NCBI GenBank assembly: GCA_977018835.1 | Contig: OZ361260.1 | Location: 1,302,001-1,366,000 of the forward strand | Direction of reading: 5' to 3' | Source: Minutocellus sp. GHC0000111 | Lineage: Eukaryota | DNA length: 64,000 bases | Part shown: positions 12,050 to 24,172 of the stretch, in pieces | Numbering within the stretch: the stretch's first letter is position 1 | Layout of the letters: each line of letters starts with the position of its first letter | Program-made: the position numbers and the translations under genes | Notes under the pieces: model-generated | Told to the model about the DNA's origin: nothing | Database searches by the model: none | The model's input: only the letters and a program-made list of their open reading frames with translations

Positions 12050-15000
12050 ATGGCGTCCCCCAACGAGAACGACGAGAAGAATGCGGTGGACCTGACGGCC
12101 GAGACCGAAAAGGCCAAGAAGGAGAACGGCGGTGGTGGGTCCGACAATAAGAAAAAATCGGGCAAAAAGTCCAAGAAGGACAAGAAGAAGGGCAAGGGCA
12201 ACAAGGACGATGCCATCGTCGAGGAGAACACCCTGTCGGAGGAGGACCAGGAGCTCAAGGATCGGCTCGAGACCTGCGTCACCACCGTGACCAATGCCGC
12301 CAACGAGGCGGGTGTGACGGTCCCCCTCCGCCTCAAGGCTCTGGACGTCATCGTCACGGAGCTCCGCAGCGCCACGTCCAGCATGACCAGCGTCCCCAAG
12401 CCGCTGAAATTTTTGCGTCCCCACTTTGATACCCTCAAGAAGCTCCATGCTGGAATCGCCGACGAGACCGTCCAGTCCGACGTGGAGATGCTGACCCTCC
12501 GGGCGCGGTTGGCCGATGTTTTGTCGGTTTTGGCCATGACCATGGGCAAGCACGGTACGTCTTTTGGGTGTTCAATGTTTTGATGTTTGTTTTTTGGCAT
12601 TTGTTTGTGGGCACGTCGGGGCCGGTATCTTACATGTATGCATCGCATACGTGCATGTGGATGCATGTGCCGACTGCTTCTCGGTGGTGGTTTGGTGATT
12701 TGTTGTCTTCTGTTTTGAGATACCATTACTATATGCATATTTACTCATGCGCAACATGTGCAATGTGTTTCCATCCCCACTCTTGGCACCACCATCCATC
12801 ACCCCACAAATAATTCAGAGGAGAGAGAGTCCCTCCAATTCAAACTGTCGGCCTTCAAGGATTACGAGTCCAACTCGGCCGCCACCCGTCCCGACGACGA
12901 CAACCTCGGAGCCTGGGGACATGAGTTCGTCCGAAGTCTGGCCGGCGAGATCGGCCAGGAGTACAACGCCCGCGTCATCGCCGGGTCCGACCCCGACGAC
13001 GACGCCCAGTTCGCCGACCTCCTCTTCATGGTCGATGTCATCGTCCCCTTCCACGTATCGCACAACGCCGAGGCCGAGGCCGTCGACCTTCTCATCGAGG
13101 TCCAGCGCCTCAAGAAGCTGTTGGATTTGGACACCATCAACGAGCACAACTACGGCCGTATCTGTCTGTACCTGACCAAGACGGCCGACTTCATGTCCGA
13201 CCCCGACGACTACGTCGAGATGCTCGAGACGGCCTATGAGCTGTTCCGGAAGCAGGGACAGTTCTTCGACGCCCTCCGCGTCGCACTGCGCATGAGCAAC
13301 GAGGAGGCCATCCCCGAGCTGTTCGAGCAGGTCGGTGCCGCCGAGGATGCCCTCATGAAGAAGCAGATGTGCCTCCTCCTGGCCCGACACAGGGTGAACT
13401 ATGAGATTGAGGATGACGACGATGAAGATGAGCTCAACGAGCTGATCGGCAACGTCAAGCTCAGTGAGCAGTTCCTCAAGGTCGCCCAGGACCTCGACGT
13501 TATGGACCCCAAAACTCCCGAGGATATCTACAAGTCCCACCTCGCCGAGACCGGTGGTTTCAGCCGTCGGAGGGACACCGGTGGTGCTCAGGTGGATTCT
13601 GCCCGTGCCAACCTTGCTAGTACCTTTGTCAATGCCTTCGTCAACGCTGGCTTTGGCCAAGACAAACTCATGACGCCCGACAACGAGTGGCTGTACAAGA
13701 ACAAGGACCATGGTATGATGTCGGCCGCGGCATCGCTCGGTTCCATCCTCCTTTGGAACGTCGAGGAGGGTTTGACCCAGATCGACAAGTTCCTGTACTC
13801 GTCCGAGGACTACGTCAAGGCCGGTGCCGCTCTTGCCGTCGGCATCCTCAGCAGCGGCGTTAAGAACGATGCCGACCCGGCCCTTGCGCTGCTGTCCGAG
13901 CACATCGAGGGCGATGTACACATTATGAAGTGCGCCGCCTGCACCGGTCTTGGTATTGCCTACGCCGGTGCCGCTAGGGAAGAGGTAATGGACCTTCTCC
14001 TTCCCGTCGTTGAGGCGTCGGAGGGTGGCGCCGATGGCATGCTCGAGGTGTCGCTTGCTGCTCTGGCTCTGGGTATGATCTACGTCGGCAAGTGCGATGA
14101 GACCGTGGGAAGCACCATCGTCCAACGGATGATGGAGGCCACAGATGAAGAGCTGGACCACTCTCATGCGCGATTCCTATGTCTCGGCCTTGGTTTGCTC
14201 TTCCTCGGACGAATGGAGAAGGCCGACGCCATGATCGAGGCGCTCAAGACCGTTGAGCACAAGATTGCCAAGTATGCGGCAGTTGTATTGGAGACCTGTG
14301 CCTACGCTGGCAGTGGCAATGTCCTCAAGATTCAGGAGATGCTTCATCACTGCACCGAGCATCTCACCGAGGATGCCGAGCATCAGATGGCGGCAGTCAT
14401 TGGCATCGGCATGATTGCAATGGGCGAAGACGTCGGATCGGAGATGGCTCTCCGTGCGTTTGAGCATCTTCTTCACTACTGCGAGCTTCCCATCAAGCGT
14501 GCCGTTCCTTTGGCTTTGGCTGTTCTCAACATCTCCAACCCCGACTATGGAATTATCGACCAGCTCTCGCGCTTGTCGCATGATCCTGATACGGAAATAT
14601 CACAGAATGCCGTTCTGGCCATGGGCATCGTCAGTGCCGGTACCAACAACTCCCGCGTCGCTGGATTGCTCCGTCAACTTGGCGAGTTCTACAGCAAGGA
14701 GGCTGGACACATGTTCTGCGTCCGAATTTCGCAGGGGTTGCTTCACATGGGCAAGGGTTTGATAACGCTGAATCCGGTCCACTCGGACCGAATGCTTATG
14801 AATCCAGCCGCTCTTGGCGGTATGCTCGTGTTGATCCACTCCTGCCTTGACCTCAAGAGCACTCTGTTGGACAAGACGCACTATCTGCTTTATTACCTCA
14901 CGTGTGCCATGAATCCTAGAATGATCATCACGGTTAACGACGATATGGAGTGGCGGCCGGTTACCGTCCGCGTCGGTCAGGCGGTCGAGACCGTCGGCCA

Positions 15001-15175
15001 GGCCGGTAAGCCCAAGACGATTACTGGCTTCCAAACGCACACCACCCCCGTCCTTCTTGGCACCAAGGAGAGAGCAGAGCTCGGTACTGAGGAGGTATTG
15101 AGCGTCAGCAGTGTTCTGGAGGGCATTGTTATCGTGAAAGATAACCCTGATTACGAGAAAGAGGAAGAGGGGTAG
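12050..15175 (+). CDS. RPN1: 26S proteasome regulatory subunit RPN1/PSMD2; exons 12050-12554 and 12819-15175
   Basis: SMTSVPKPLKFLRPH, WGHEFVRSLAGEI and VRVGQAVETVGQAGKPKTITGFQTHTTPVLL motifs. Confidence 0.97.
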
Positions 15176-15376
15176 ATGCTTTGCTTTGAACAAAGTAGCT
15201 ACGTAGATCTAGCATACGATATGCTCACTACTAGTAGAGATATATTTTTGATCTGCAATTGCAAATTAGAGGCGTATCAAAATGGCGATATTAGAATATT
15301 TGGAGCTGTAGATCTACCTACGTAGCTACTAGGTATACATTGTTTTCTCCTCAACCGTGCCATAACATTTATAAGC

Positions 15377-16288
15377 TCAGGCAGAGTAAAACCGTAAGCC
15401 ACCAAGGGCGAGATTCAAATCTTCAATTTTTCTTCCAATTGCCACAATACCCACTCTCCGCAACTCGGTCGCATCAAAGGGCGTACTTTCAGGTCCAGGG
15501 CCAAACCCCTTGAAGTCCTTCCACGGCAGTCGAACAGTCTTCCAACCCTTGCCACTCTCGATTTGGAACGTTGCTCTGTAGCTCGAATTCTGGCGCGCGC
15601 ACGCAGGATTGCGCAGATGAACGTTGAAGCTTCCAGTGTCATCCTTCCCCTGACATAGTACATCTAGCTCGATACCATCGTAATCCGAGGCATCGACACT
15701 TCCAACAAATGGATCCAGGCTCAGATCGGTCGCCATTTGTACGAATCCCCCGTTGTTGTAGAGCGATACCTTGCCGTGGAGCACATTTGCCGTCCGTCCC
15801 TCCACATCTTGCTCCCTCTCGAACCGTCCGTAGCTCACTCCCCCCATTACCTGATCCGTGAAGCCCCTCCACGTAGTACCGCAGCTGGTGTATGGAAAGT
15901 TCTCCGACATGTCGTCAATGGTACCCGAATCGACGCAACTCTGGAAGGCTGCGGGTGCCTTGGTCATCAAAGATGGACCCGAAGACTTGCCAGCCGGTCC
16001 TTCATCGCTGCCCACTGCATTAACAAAGTCCTTGTTACCCCCCACTCGACCAATCTTGCGCAGAAATGCCATGGCCTTGTTATCTTTCTTGATTCCTTTG
16101 CTCTTGCCTTTGCCCCCAGAATCATTTTTACTCTCATCTGACGATTTTATGGCGGTGAGATGACTTGCATGAGTCGCAGCTGCCTGAAGAGCAGGTGGGA
16201 CGACGAACGAGTTGGCGCATGGTTGTGAGATCAGCAGCAGAAGGCCGGCTGCCAGGATACATGTGGATGGACCACGTAAATGGCACAT
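15377..16288 (-). CDS. CIA30 (complex I intermediate-associated) domain protein with bipartite plastid-type presequence
   Basis: WRGFTDQVMGGVS, GKVSLYNNGGF and WKTVRLPWKDF motifs; a hydrophobic signal peptide followed by ANS-FVVP. Confidence 0.85.
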   Translation of the reverse strand: MCHLRGPSTCILAAGLLLLISQPCANSFVVPPALQAAATHASHLTAIKSSDESKNDSGGKGKSKGIKKDNKAMAFLRKIGRVGGNKDFVNAVGSDEGPAGKSSGPSLMTKAPAAFQSCVDSGTIDDMSENFPYTSCGTTWRGFTDQVMGGVSYGRFEREQDVEGRTANVLHGKVSLYNNGGFVQMATDLSLDPFVGSVDASDYDGIELDVLCQGKDDTGSFNVHLRNPACARQNSSYRATFQIESGKGWKTVRLPWKDFKGFGPGPESTPFDATELRRVGIVAIGRKIEDLNLALGGLRFYSA

Positions 16289-16486
16289 GTTGTACCAGCG
16301 TATCTTCCTTTGCTTCGCTTGAACTTTGAAGAGACAGAATGATTTCCAATGTACGTAATACGGTGGTCGTAAACGGGACTACAATGTGGCTACGTACAAC
16401 GCCTTGAGACCACTCATTTTTCGATTTTCGTCATTTTCGACTCCATCCACGCTGTGAGAGGGTGAGAGAGCAGAAGAGTAAAGACC

Positions 16487-18013
16487 ATGGGATGGAGAGA
16501 GAAGGCCAAGCGGGCCAAGAGGCTCCACCGTCCCAGTCTGAAGGACTGGACCTGCGATGGTATGGCGTGGTCATTCCCAAGATTCGTCGAATCGCTCAAC
16601 AAGCGACCCAACTACGAGGCCTTCATTCCTGGCACCGCCGAGACGTCTGCCAGCGGCGGCAGCGGTAGTGGTGGTGGTAATAGTAGCAGCGCCAGCAGCG
16701 GCAGCGGTAGTGGTGGTGGTAATAGTAGCAGCGCCAGCGGCGGCAGCGGTAGTGGTGGTGGTAATAGTAGCAGCGCCGCCGGCGGCGTTGCCGTCCCGGC
16801 CATCCTCGATGCCAACACGACGTCCGTTGAGACGTTCCAGCAGGAGTATGAGGCCAGGGGCATCCCGTCGGTAATCCGCGGCATCCCCGCGAAGGAGGGG
16901 TGGCCGGCCACGCGCCGTTGGACCGATCTGGAACGGTTGGAGAACGACCCCGACCTGCGCAATCGCATGTTCAAGGTTGGGGAGGACGACGACGGCAAGT
17001 CCGTCAAGATGAAGCTCAAGCACTTTATGCGGTATCTGCGCGACAATCGAGACGACTCTCCTCTCTACATCTTTGACAGTGCCTTCGACGAGGATCGGGG
17101 TGGCAAGCAGCTGCTCAAGGATTACAAGGTGCCGTCGTACTTTGACGAGGATTTGTTCCATCTGGTGGGGGAGCGACGTCGGCCGCCGTATCGATGGTTT
17201 CTCATTGGTCCCGAGCGAAGTGGAACGTGCGTTCATATCGATCCGCTGGGAACGGCGGCATGGAACACGCTGCTGTACGGTCAGAAGCGATGGGTCTTGT
17301 TCCCTCCTCAGGTTCCAAAGCATATAGCCAAGGGGAAGGGATTGGTTCGAAAGAATGAGGACGATGAGGCCGTGCATTACTTCGATTTCATTCTTCCCCG
17401 CATCAAGCGTCGTGCTGCCGCCTCTGGCGGGACTGGAGATTATCAAGACTTTGCGTGTTATGAATTCACACAGCATCCTGGTGAGAGTGTGTACATCCCG
17501 TATGGTTGGTGGCATTCTGTTTTGAATGTTACGCATACTGTTGCCATCACCCAGAACTTTTGCTCTCAGCGCAATTTCGATATCGTATGGACGAAAACCC
17601 GAACCGGCCGAAAGAAAATGGCATACAAGTGGCTGTGTCAGCTAGATACGCACTACCCGCATCTTGCCAAGCGCGCTCGGGAACTCAATGCTCAGAGCAA
17701 TTTTGTGATGAAGTACGAGCCGGAAGAGGTGAAGAAGAGAGAGGAGGAGGAGGATCGCCGACGGAAGGCCAAGAGAGAGACCAAGGAGGCCAAGAAGGAG
17801 CTCAAGAGGAAGGCCAAACTTTCCAAGGGCAAGTCGTCGTACCAAAGAGCTGGTAGTGCATCCAGTAGCAGAGCCTCATCGGTGAGCGGTGGCATTGTCG
17901 CAACTACCTCGGTCGATGATCGCGACTCTTCGAAGCGTCTCAAGGGGTCTTCCATAGAGGTGGACATGGGGCGTGGTAAGAGCCGTGCTATTTCTCCGGA
18001 TACTGTGAGCTAA
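16487..18013 (+). CDS. JMJD6: JmjC-domain arginine demethylase / lysyl hydroxylase JMJD6 (PSR)
   Basis: DDSPLYIFDS, RRPPYRWFLIGPERSGTCVHIDPLGT and GWWHSVLN...AITQNF motifs. Confidence 0.93.
   Translation: MGWREKAKRAKRLHRPSLKDWTCDGMAWSFPRFVESLNKRPNYEAFIPGTAETSASGGSGSGGGNSSSASSGSGSGGGNSSSASGGSGSGGGNSSSAAGGVAVPAILDANTTSVETFQQEYEARGIPSVIRGIPAKEGWPATRRWTDLERLENDPDLRNRMFKVGEDDDGKSVKMKLKHFMRYLRDNRDDSPLYIFDSAFDEDRGGKQLLKDYKVPSYFDEDLFHLVGERRRPPYRWFLIGPERSGTCVHIDPLGTAAWNTLLYGQKRWVLFPPQVPKHIAKGKGLVRKNEDDEAVHYFDFILPRIKRRAAASGGTGDYQDFACYEFTQHPGESVYIPYGWWHSVLNVTHTVAITQNFCSQRNFDIVWTKTRTGRKKMAYKWLCQLDTHYPHLAKRARELNAQSNFVMKYEPEEVKKREEEEDRRRKAKRETKEAKKELKRKAKLSKGKSSYQRAGSASSSRASSVSGGIVATTSVDDRDSSKRLKGSSIEVDMGRGKSRAISPDTVS
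16649..16774 (+). repeat. In-frame 42-bp tandem repeat, 3 copies (ASGGSGSGGGNSSS)
   Basis: Units start at 16649, 16691 and 16733. Confidence 0.95.
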
Positions 18014-18131
18014 TCAGCTGCTACATGGCTATTCGAAGCGGAAAAGTCAAAAAATATACTACCAATGGTACTAGATATTCAATCGAAAGAGAACGATTTT
18101 TTTAGCATAAGCCTCACTCAAATCAAGAGAT

Positions 18132-19031
18132 CTATGGGTTAACTCGTTTCTCAACCCATTTTTCTCCTTCAAGCTCGTCGAATTGACGAAAGTTGTCTGT
18201 AAGGCGCAAATAGTCGACGCGTGTGGGGTTGAGCAGCATGAGTAGGAAGTTATCAGGAGGAGGCAAAACCTTGCCGTCCCCGCCTCGACCACCCTCAGGA
18301 ACCTTCACCTGAGGCTCATATTCAATACTCGGATCACGCCAGTAGAACTGCTCTCGGGCCATATCCGATAGATTGCCCCACTGCTCCTTCCTCATTCTGA
18401 CCAAAAAGTCGTCGCTTTCATCGCCACCCACAAACTGCAGCTTTCCTCTTACACGGTACTGCTCGCTGCTCTTGGCAAACCACCATACCAACTCGCAAGT
18501 GTTGGCGGTTGCGGGAGAAGTATGGCCCGATGCTTCGCCGACCTTGCTCGAACGGAGATCGGTGATCATCTTCATGACACAGGATTCCTCTCCCTTGTCT
18601 GCCGCCGACCCATCCTCGTTTGGTCGCGGCGAGAGGAATCCTCGAAACACCACCGTGCGGCAACGAGGCTCGCATGTCTCGGGATCCACGGTGGCGATCT
18701 GCACGTAGTTGCCACCCCGAATTTTCCTAGAGCGAGCGATGGAACCGTTGATCCTCTCCCTCCATGGAACAACCGATTCGTCGGGAGTTCGGTGGTTGCG
18801 TCCTCCTCGTCCCTTGTTACCTCCACCACTCTTGCCAATATCTCCCAGACCGGCGGCTGCGGCACTTTCGGATTCAGGTGTAGTGGCCATGCTGCGTGAT
18901 GTGTAACTGATTGCTGAGCTTCCAACCAACGGCAAGATACTGCTGCTGCTGCGTGCGGCGGAGGGAAGGATGAAACCGCTCGAAGAGGTTGCGAGGTAGA
19001 TACAGATCAGAGGGAGGCGGCTGACGGCCAT
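18132..19031 (-). CDS. Pyridoxamine 5'-phosphate oxidase-like FMN-binding protein with signal/plastid-type presequence
   Basis: YVQIATVD..PRCRTVVFRGF, TDLRSSK, WWFAKSSEQYRVRG and VDYLRL motifs; SSG-FILP follows a hydrophobic N-terminus. Confidence 0.85.
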   Translation of the reverse strand: MAVSRLPLICIYLATSSSGFILPSAARSSSSILPLVGSSAISYTSRSMATTPESESAAAAGLGDIGKSGGGNKGRGGRNHRTPDESVVPWRERINGSIARSRKIRGGNYVQIATVDPETCEPRCRTVVFRGFLSPRPNEDGSAADKGEESCVMKMITDLRSSKVGEASGHTSPATANTCELVWWFAKSSEQYRVRGKLQFVGGDESDDFLVRMRKEQWGNLSDMAREQFYWRDPSIEYEPQVKVPEGGRGGDGKVLPPPDNFLLMLLNPTRVDYLRLTDNFRQFDELEGEKWVEKRVNP

Positions 19032-19671
19032 TGTTGGCAGGCAGGATGTATGTGGAAGAAATGCAATCTGCAAATAAATCGGGCGTCACTGACTCACTGA
19101 TCGACGACGGACGGACCGGAACGCCGGAAATATTATAAGTCAAATGCGATCGCGAAAACGCACGCACGCACAGCCGAGGAGGAATTTTAGACGAGAGAAA
19201 ACTCGATACGTACATGTAGAAGATCAGACCTACTAGATCTAGCTAGATCTACGTAGCTTGTGGCTAGCTAGGAAGTCACTGTAAGTTCTACTCTAGACTA
19301 GCAAAAAGTGAATACGGCACATGCAATCAATCGAGGTGGACATCATCGATCAACAATATCAAAATCTCCCCCCCCACGATGTTGCTGCTTCTTTGTCATA
19401 AGAAAAGCCATCACTGTGTGCATTTCTAGCACTGCCGCATCTTGATCATTGATAAATCCTTTTTTTAAAATGATAAATCGCCCCAATTTCAGTGCTTCGA
19501 CGATACAATGTACATGAAACGAGCCAGTAACATTGGAGCAAAAAGCAAGGACTGACTGTCTGTCCTCCCACAGATTTTTCGCCAGTTGAGCTGCACATGC
19601 AGTATTCGCCCAATTGCTTTGCTTCCCACAGCACGCGGCCAACCAAACTTTCGACTTGTGCGGCAGGGGAT

Positions 19672-20197
19672 TTATCCATTTCCAGCGGCACTGACCTATT
19701 GGGTTTGTGGAGAATTGCAGTGAAGAGTGTCAGTGTCATCTTGACGATAGTATATATAGAGCAGGAGCACATGAAAATTACGAAATGCAGCACCAAAAAA
19801 ATCTATTTCCGAAATGCAATTCTGTAAGTATCTGGGCACGACAACACAGAATGCACATGAAACTTACTCTCGGGATGTCGTTGAGCTCGGTCAGTTCCGA
19901 CAGCTTCTGACTGAATTCCTCCACTCGATCCCGATGGCTTTGCTTTGCCGCCTTTTCGAGGTCCTTCTTTTCGGCCTTTTGCGTGTACTTCTGTGCCTTG
20001 CGTTCGGCTTCGGTCATTTCATCTTCGTCGTCGTCGTCGTCGTCGCTGCTGTTGGTCGTTGCGGCCGCTGCGGCAGCCGCTGCCGCCTCTTCGTCACGAC
20101 TGCTCTTCTTCTTGTCATGCTTGGATTTCGACTTTTTCTTTTTGCCCTTTTTCTTCTTGTCTCCCTTGAGACTGAGCTTTCCTCCGACGAATACCAT
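19672..20197 (-). CDS. FAM32A: FAM32A-like (DUF1754) small Lys-rich protein; exons 20197-19868 and 19695-19672
   Basis: MVFVGGKLSLKG...MTEAER...SHRDRVEEF...NDIPR|VSAAGNG* across a GT-AG intron. Confidence 0.85.
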
Positions 20198-20558
20198 GGT
20201 GGTGTGGGGTGGAGGGGTGGTGTGGGGTTGGGCGAGAGTGTGGGGTGGGATGTGGGAGTGGTGATGGGGGGTGGGAGGGGGTGGGAGGGTTGGTGATGGC
20301 ACAAGAGAGAGCACTATCGCAAATCAAGGAAGTTCAGGGCCACCTATGTGCAAATGAATGGAGTACGCGCACGGTCGGTCGCGTTGACTAGTTGGGGCGA
20401 GGAGGGTGTGTGAGAGACGGTACAACGGTATGTCGATCGTGGCGCGCGGTGAGTGATGAAGCGTGGGCGGCTGGCGTCCTGCTTGCTTGTCGATGTCGTG
20501 GCAGAAAACCGTATTTTACCAATTTTTATAAATTATGAAATTTCGCCTCCGAATGATT

Positions 20559-20632
20559 GCCTGCTTAGCTCAGTTGGTTAGAGCATTTCGTTCGTAATGA
20601 AAAGGCCCGTCGTTCGAATCGGCGAGTAGGCT
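20559..20632 (+). tRNA. tRNA-Thr, anticodon CGT
   Basis: Cloverleaf with acceptor stem GCCTGCT/AGTAGGC, D arm GCTC/GAGC, anticodon stem TTTCG/TGAAA around loop TT-CGT-AA, and T loop TTCGAAT. A T-run terminator follows at 20637-20641. Confidence 0.95.
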
Positions 20633-21529
20633 GAGCTTTTTGCCTTCCATCTTTTACACCATGTCGTTCGTCTCCGATGCATATATATTATATATATAGG
20701 TCTGTTCGTCGTTGGTAGTTCGCTGGGATTTCACCGTTGGTCTTTGTATCAACGATCACCTAACTCGCCTACTAGATCTAGTGACATTCTTTGCTGATTT
20801 GTAATATATATGTTATGACTCAATTGACTCCTATGCAGAGTGTGCTTAGCTTCTACGTAATACTTTCTATTGACAATGCTATTCCCAAGCCCTCTACTGT
20901 ACGGCCGGCCCATCCGGTCCTAATTGTGGATTGCTTGGCAATGCTGTCAATTCTTGTTGGCTCCGTTCTCCGAAGCATCGAATTCATCCGCACCACGAGG
21001 AGATCCGCGAGGCCCAGCAGCAGCGGCACGTGCATTGCGGTGAGGCGTGGTCATCATCTCCGCCGAATGGTTGGTAGCCTGCTGCTGCTGCTGGTACAGA
21101 TGCTGCTGGTGGTGCTGCCCAGCGTTGCCGCCGCCGTAGTGCATGTAGGCCGCAACATGTCCCTGAGAATACGATCGGTAAATAGAGCGAATGACCGCGT
21201 AGTACACCTCTTCGGCGATGGCCAGGGCATCTTCCTCCGTCCTGTATGGACGATGCTTACCGTAAACTTCCAATTTAATTTTTTGCCCCCTACGGCTTCC
21301 ATTTTACCATCCCATGGTCCTTAGCTATCTTTTGGCTCATCTCCGAATCTGGCCAATATTCGTCGAGTTATGGGCCTGTGACTGTTTTTTTGGCTGTCGG
21401 GCGCTCATGGTGTTTATTACATGCATAGTTTTGATGCAGCACTACACAGTACTAGATCTACATCATAGATAAAGGGGGCCCATAAAGGTAATGCAATAAT
21501 CCCTAACCCTAACTTTACATAATATGTAT

Positions 21530-24172
21530 CTACACAGCAAACGCCTCGTAATTCCGCCATACCAGGAACATACTGATGGCGACAAGGCCGGTGCTGGGGA
21601 TGATGAGAAGATTCAACAGATTTCGAATGCTCACCGAGCCCAAAATTGTGATGAAAATGTCTCCAAATGCTCTGGCTGATGTCGACACCAAATTGATTAG
21701 TAGACCCGAATTGAATGTTCCAACGGCAAGCTGAGATGGCAAAATTTTGCTCATCATGCTCGCAACATAGCTCTCGTTGGCTTCAATACTGCTGAAAGCC
21801 ACAAGACTACCGATGATGTACCTCACCGGCCCAATTGCAAAAGGGACACCCTCATTGTAGGCATCATTACCGTTGGTCGAACCAAATAAATCGGTAAAAT
21901 CGATGAGACTGAACATTCCCACCAGCGTAATGGCCATAATTCGCAAGGTGAGATAGCGATACTGGTAAAACTGTGACAACCAGCCAGATAGGATGGATAT
22001 CGGAATGACAACCATGCCATTCACAAAATGTAGCGTTCCGACATTCTTGATAGACCAACCATACCGATTCTTTGTTATGACACTGGTAGAACCAACAAGG
22101 CACTCCAGCGCAACTCGTTTCATAAAGATGATGCACATTGTCACAACAACTGGCTTCGTCATGTTCCGCAGACAATGCCTCACGGACCCCTTGTTGCTCG
22201 AATTCGATATTACTTTCTTTGCTTCTTCAAGATTCCCTTCGTCCAGGTCGTCCTCAATTTTGCCAGCGCTTCGATCGCTATTGCCTCGTTCTAACGAAGA
22301 GGATAACTGATCCGGTAGCGGTGCTGATGCCGACAACTCACGCTTCTTCAATTCGTCGAGTCCAGACCGCACAGGCTCGGTAAATGTAAAGGACGCAACA
22401 ATTGAAAATAAAAACCATAGTAATGCCATAAGGAACCCAGGCCCGGTCATTGCGTTGAATGTCTGAGGTCCAAGGAATGGCAAAGCAAAGTCAAAGTCAA
22501 GGTCTGCGAGTACAATAGCCATTGCTGGTCCCAGTGCGGCTCCCAACGCAGTGGCCAAAGCAAAGGCCGCATTTGCAGGAGTGCGCAGTGCAAAAGGGGT
22601 GGCGTCAGCGACGTATCTCCGATTGATGACTCTTGTCGCTCCCAGGCCCGTCAGAGCGCGGCCTACCAAGCATATTGTCATGGAGTTGTAACTCAACGCC
22701 GAGGCATACAGCAGATTCCCGACAAATGTCAGTAAACATGCAAAAAGGATCGGCGATTTGTAATTGTAATTCGTCCAAATCGAATAGCCGACGGCGGACA
22801 TCATTGCAAACACCGGGCTCAATCCAATCATTAGCCCTGACATTGAATCGCTGCTTCCCAGTGCCTCGGCATAATATGCCGCGCTAGGCTCGATGATATA
22901 ATTTTTCAACATGTAGAGCAAACAGGCCAGCAAATTCAGCGCAAGAGGAAGGATGTTGTCTCGGTGCAACTTTTCGCCCTCATCTTTTCCGAGGCCTTTT
23001 GTCTCTCGCCATTCAGCACATTGCTTCATCTCCGCTTTGAGGTGGCGCCCCCTCATGAGCAGCAACTTGGTTCCATGGCAAGTCCTCTTAGTCCAGAGCC
23101 AAGCAAAAAATAATGCTGCAGAGTTCTCATTCCGTGGACCAATCGATCGCGTTTTATAATGTGTCCACCAGCTGCTCGACTTACGCTAACAGACGTCTTG
23201 TCCAGCAAGGACAGAAACTCAGCAGCTTGCTTCGCAAAGTTTTCCAAGTACGATGGCGAAGGGAGGTCACACTTCTCCGTCATTTTGGTAGCAAATGACA
23301 TCTCCAGCCCTACGAGGGCATCAAGATGAAATAAGTCGGCAATGTGGTCTGAAGATGAACCATCTCTTTCACCCATCTTTTCCTGGAAATACCATTGCGC
23401 TAAAGGCCGGCCGTCAAATGTTCGCACAAAGGCATCGTATCGAATCAAAATTTGTCGAAGCAGATGATATTGGTAACAACAAACGCCAGCAGTTCCAATA
23501 TTTCATTTCCGACGCTCTCGTACTTCTCTTGTTCGTGTGTCTGCTGATTGCTCTCGCTTCCATCCAGCTCGGCAATAGATTTGGCAAGATAAACGAGCTG
23601 CGTCGAGTAAAAAGTGGCTGCACGCTCAACTTCCGCATCAAGGAGCCGGGTAAAGCTCGAGCGCTCTACGCGCGAAAGACGACGCTCGGCTTCGGCCGGA
23701 TCCAGAGGCTGGAGCTCTTGGGGTTCGTCCACATACTGAAAGTAATCATGACATGCCGCCAAACCAAGTACCTTTTCGGCAGCGACTGCAGCAACGGCGC
23801 CGCCGCCACCTCGACGTCCGTGTCCCAACTCGTCCGTCATTACCATGCGTACGACGTCGTCATCGCTGGCGCTGTCGGCGGGGACGGCGGTGCTATCCAG
23901 ATCGTCTGACGTGGCCAGCACAAGCCGAAGGTCCTCCTCGGTTAGATACACCTGATTCCATCCCGCAGTAGCTCCGCTAGCTTCACCCTCCGTCGCATGT
24001 AGGATGAAATGTGTGATTTGAGCATGTTGTAGTTGACGTAGTACGGTGACCAATCGGTAGCCGGCGCCGGCGGGGATGGCAGCCCATCGGCATGGCTGAT
24101 TGCCTCATCATCACCAGCGAGTGATGTTCCGTAGCGTATGGCCCGCTCAAGGTAGTCACTGAAGTTCTTCAT
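21530..24172 (-). CDS. SPX-MFS transporter (vacuolar phosphate transporter type); three frameshifts in this assembly
   Basis: The SPX start MKNFSDYLE..WSPYYVNYNMLK is followed by a multi-TM MFS domain (NYIIEPS, GRALTGLG, RRYVAD). Frame changes occur near 23950, 23450 and 23060. Confidence 0.8.

Noticed and set aside
12815..15193. Long antisense ORFs opposite RPN1 (similar ones lie opposite JMJD6 and RFC3)
   Set aside because: These are shadow ORFs caused by GC3-rich codon bias of the real genes.
19343..19796. Short minus-strand ORFs downstream of the FAM32A-like exon 1
   Set aside because: They overlap the FAM32A intron, last exon and 3' region in other frames and show no recognisable motifs.
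20200..20300. G-rich tract suggestive of a telomere or G-quadruplex element
   Set aside because: It is an irregular C/A-rich leader immediately upstream of the minus-strand FAM32A-like start codon, with no fixed period.
21500..21513. CCCTAACCCTAA telomere seed
   Set aside because: Only two units in a 3' flank, which is compatible with chance.
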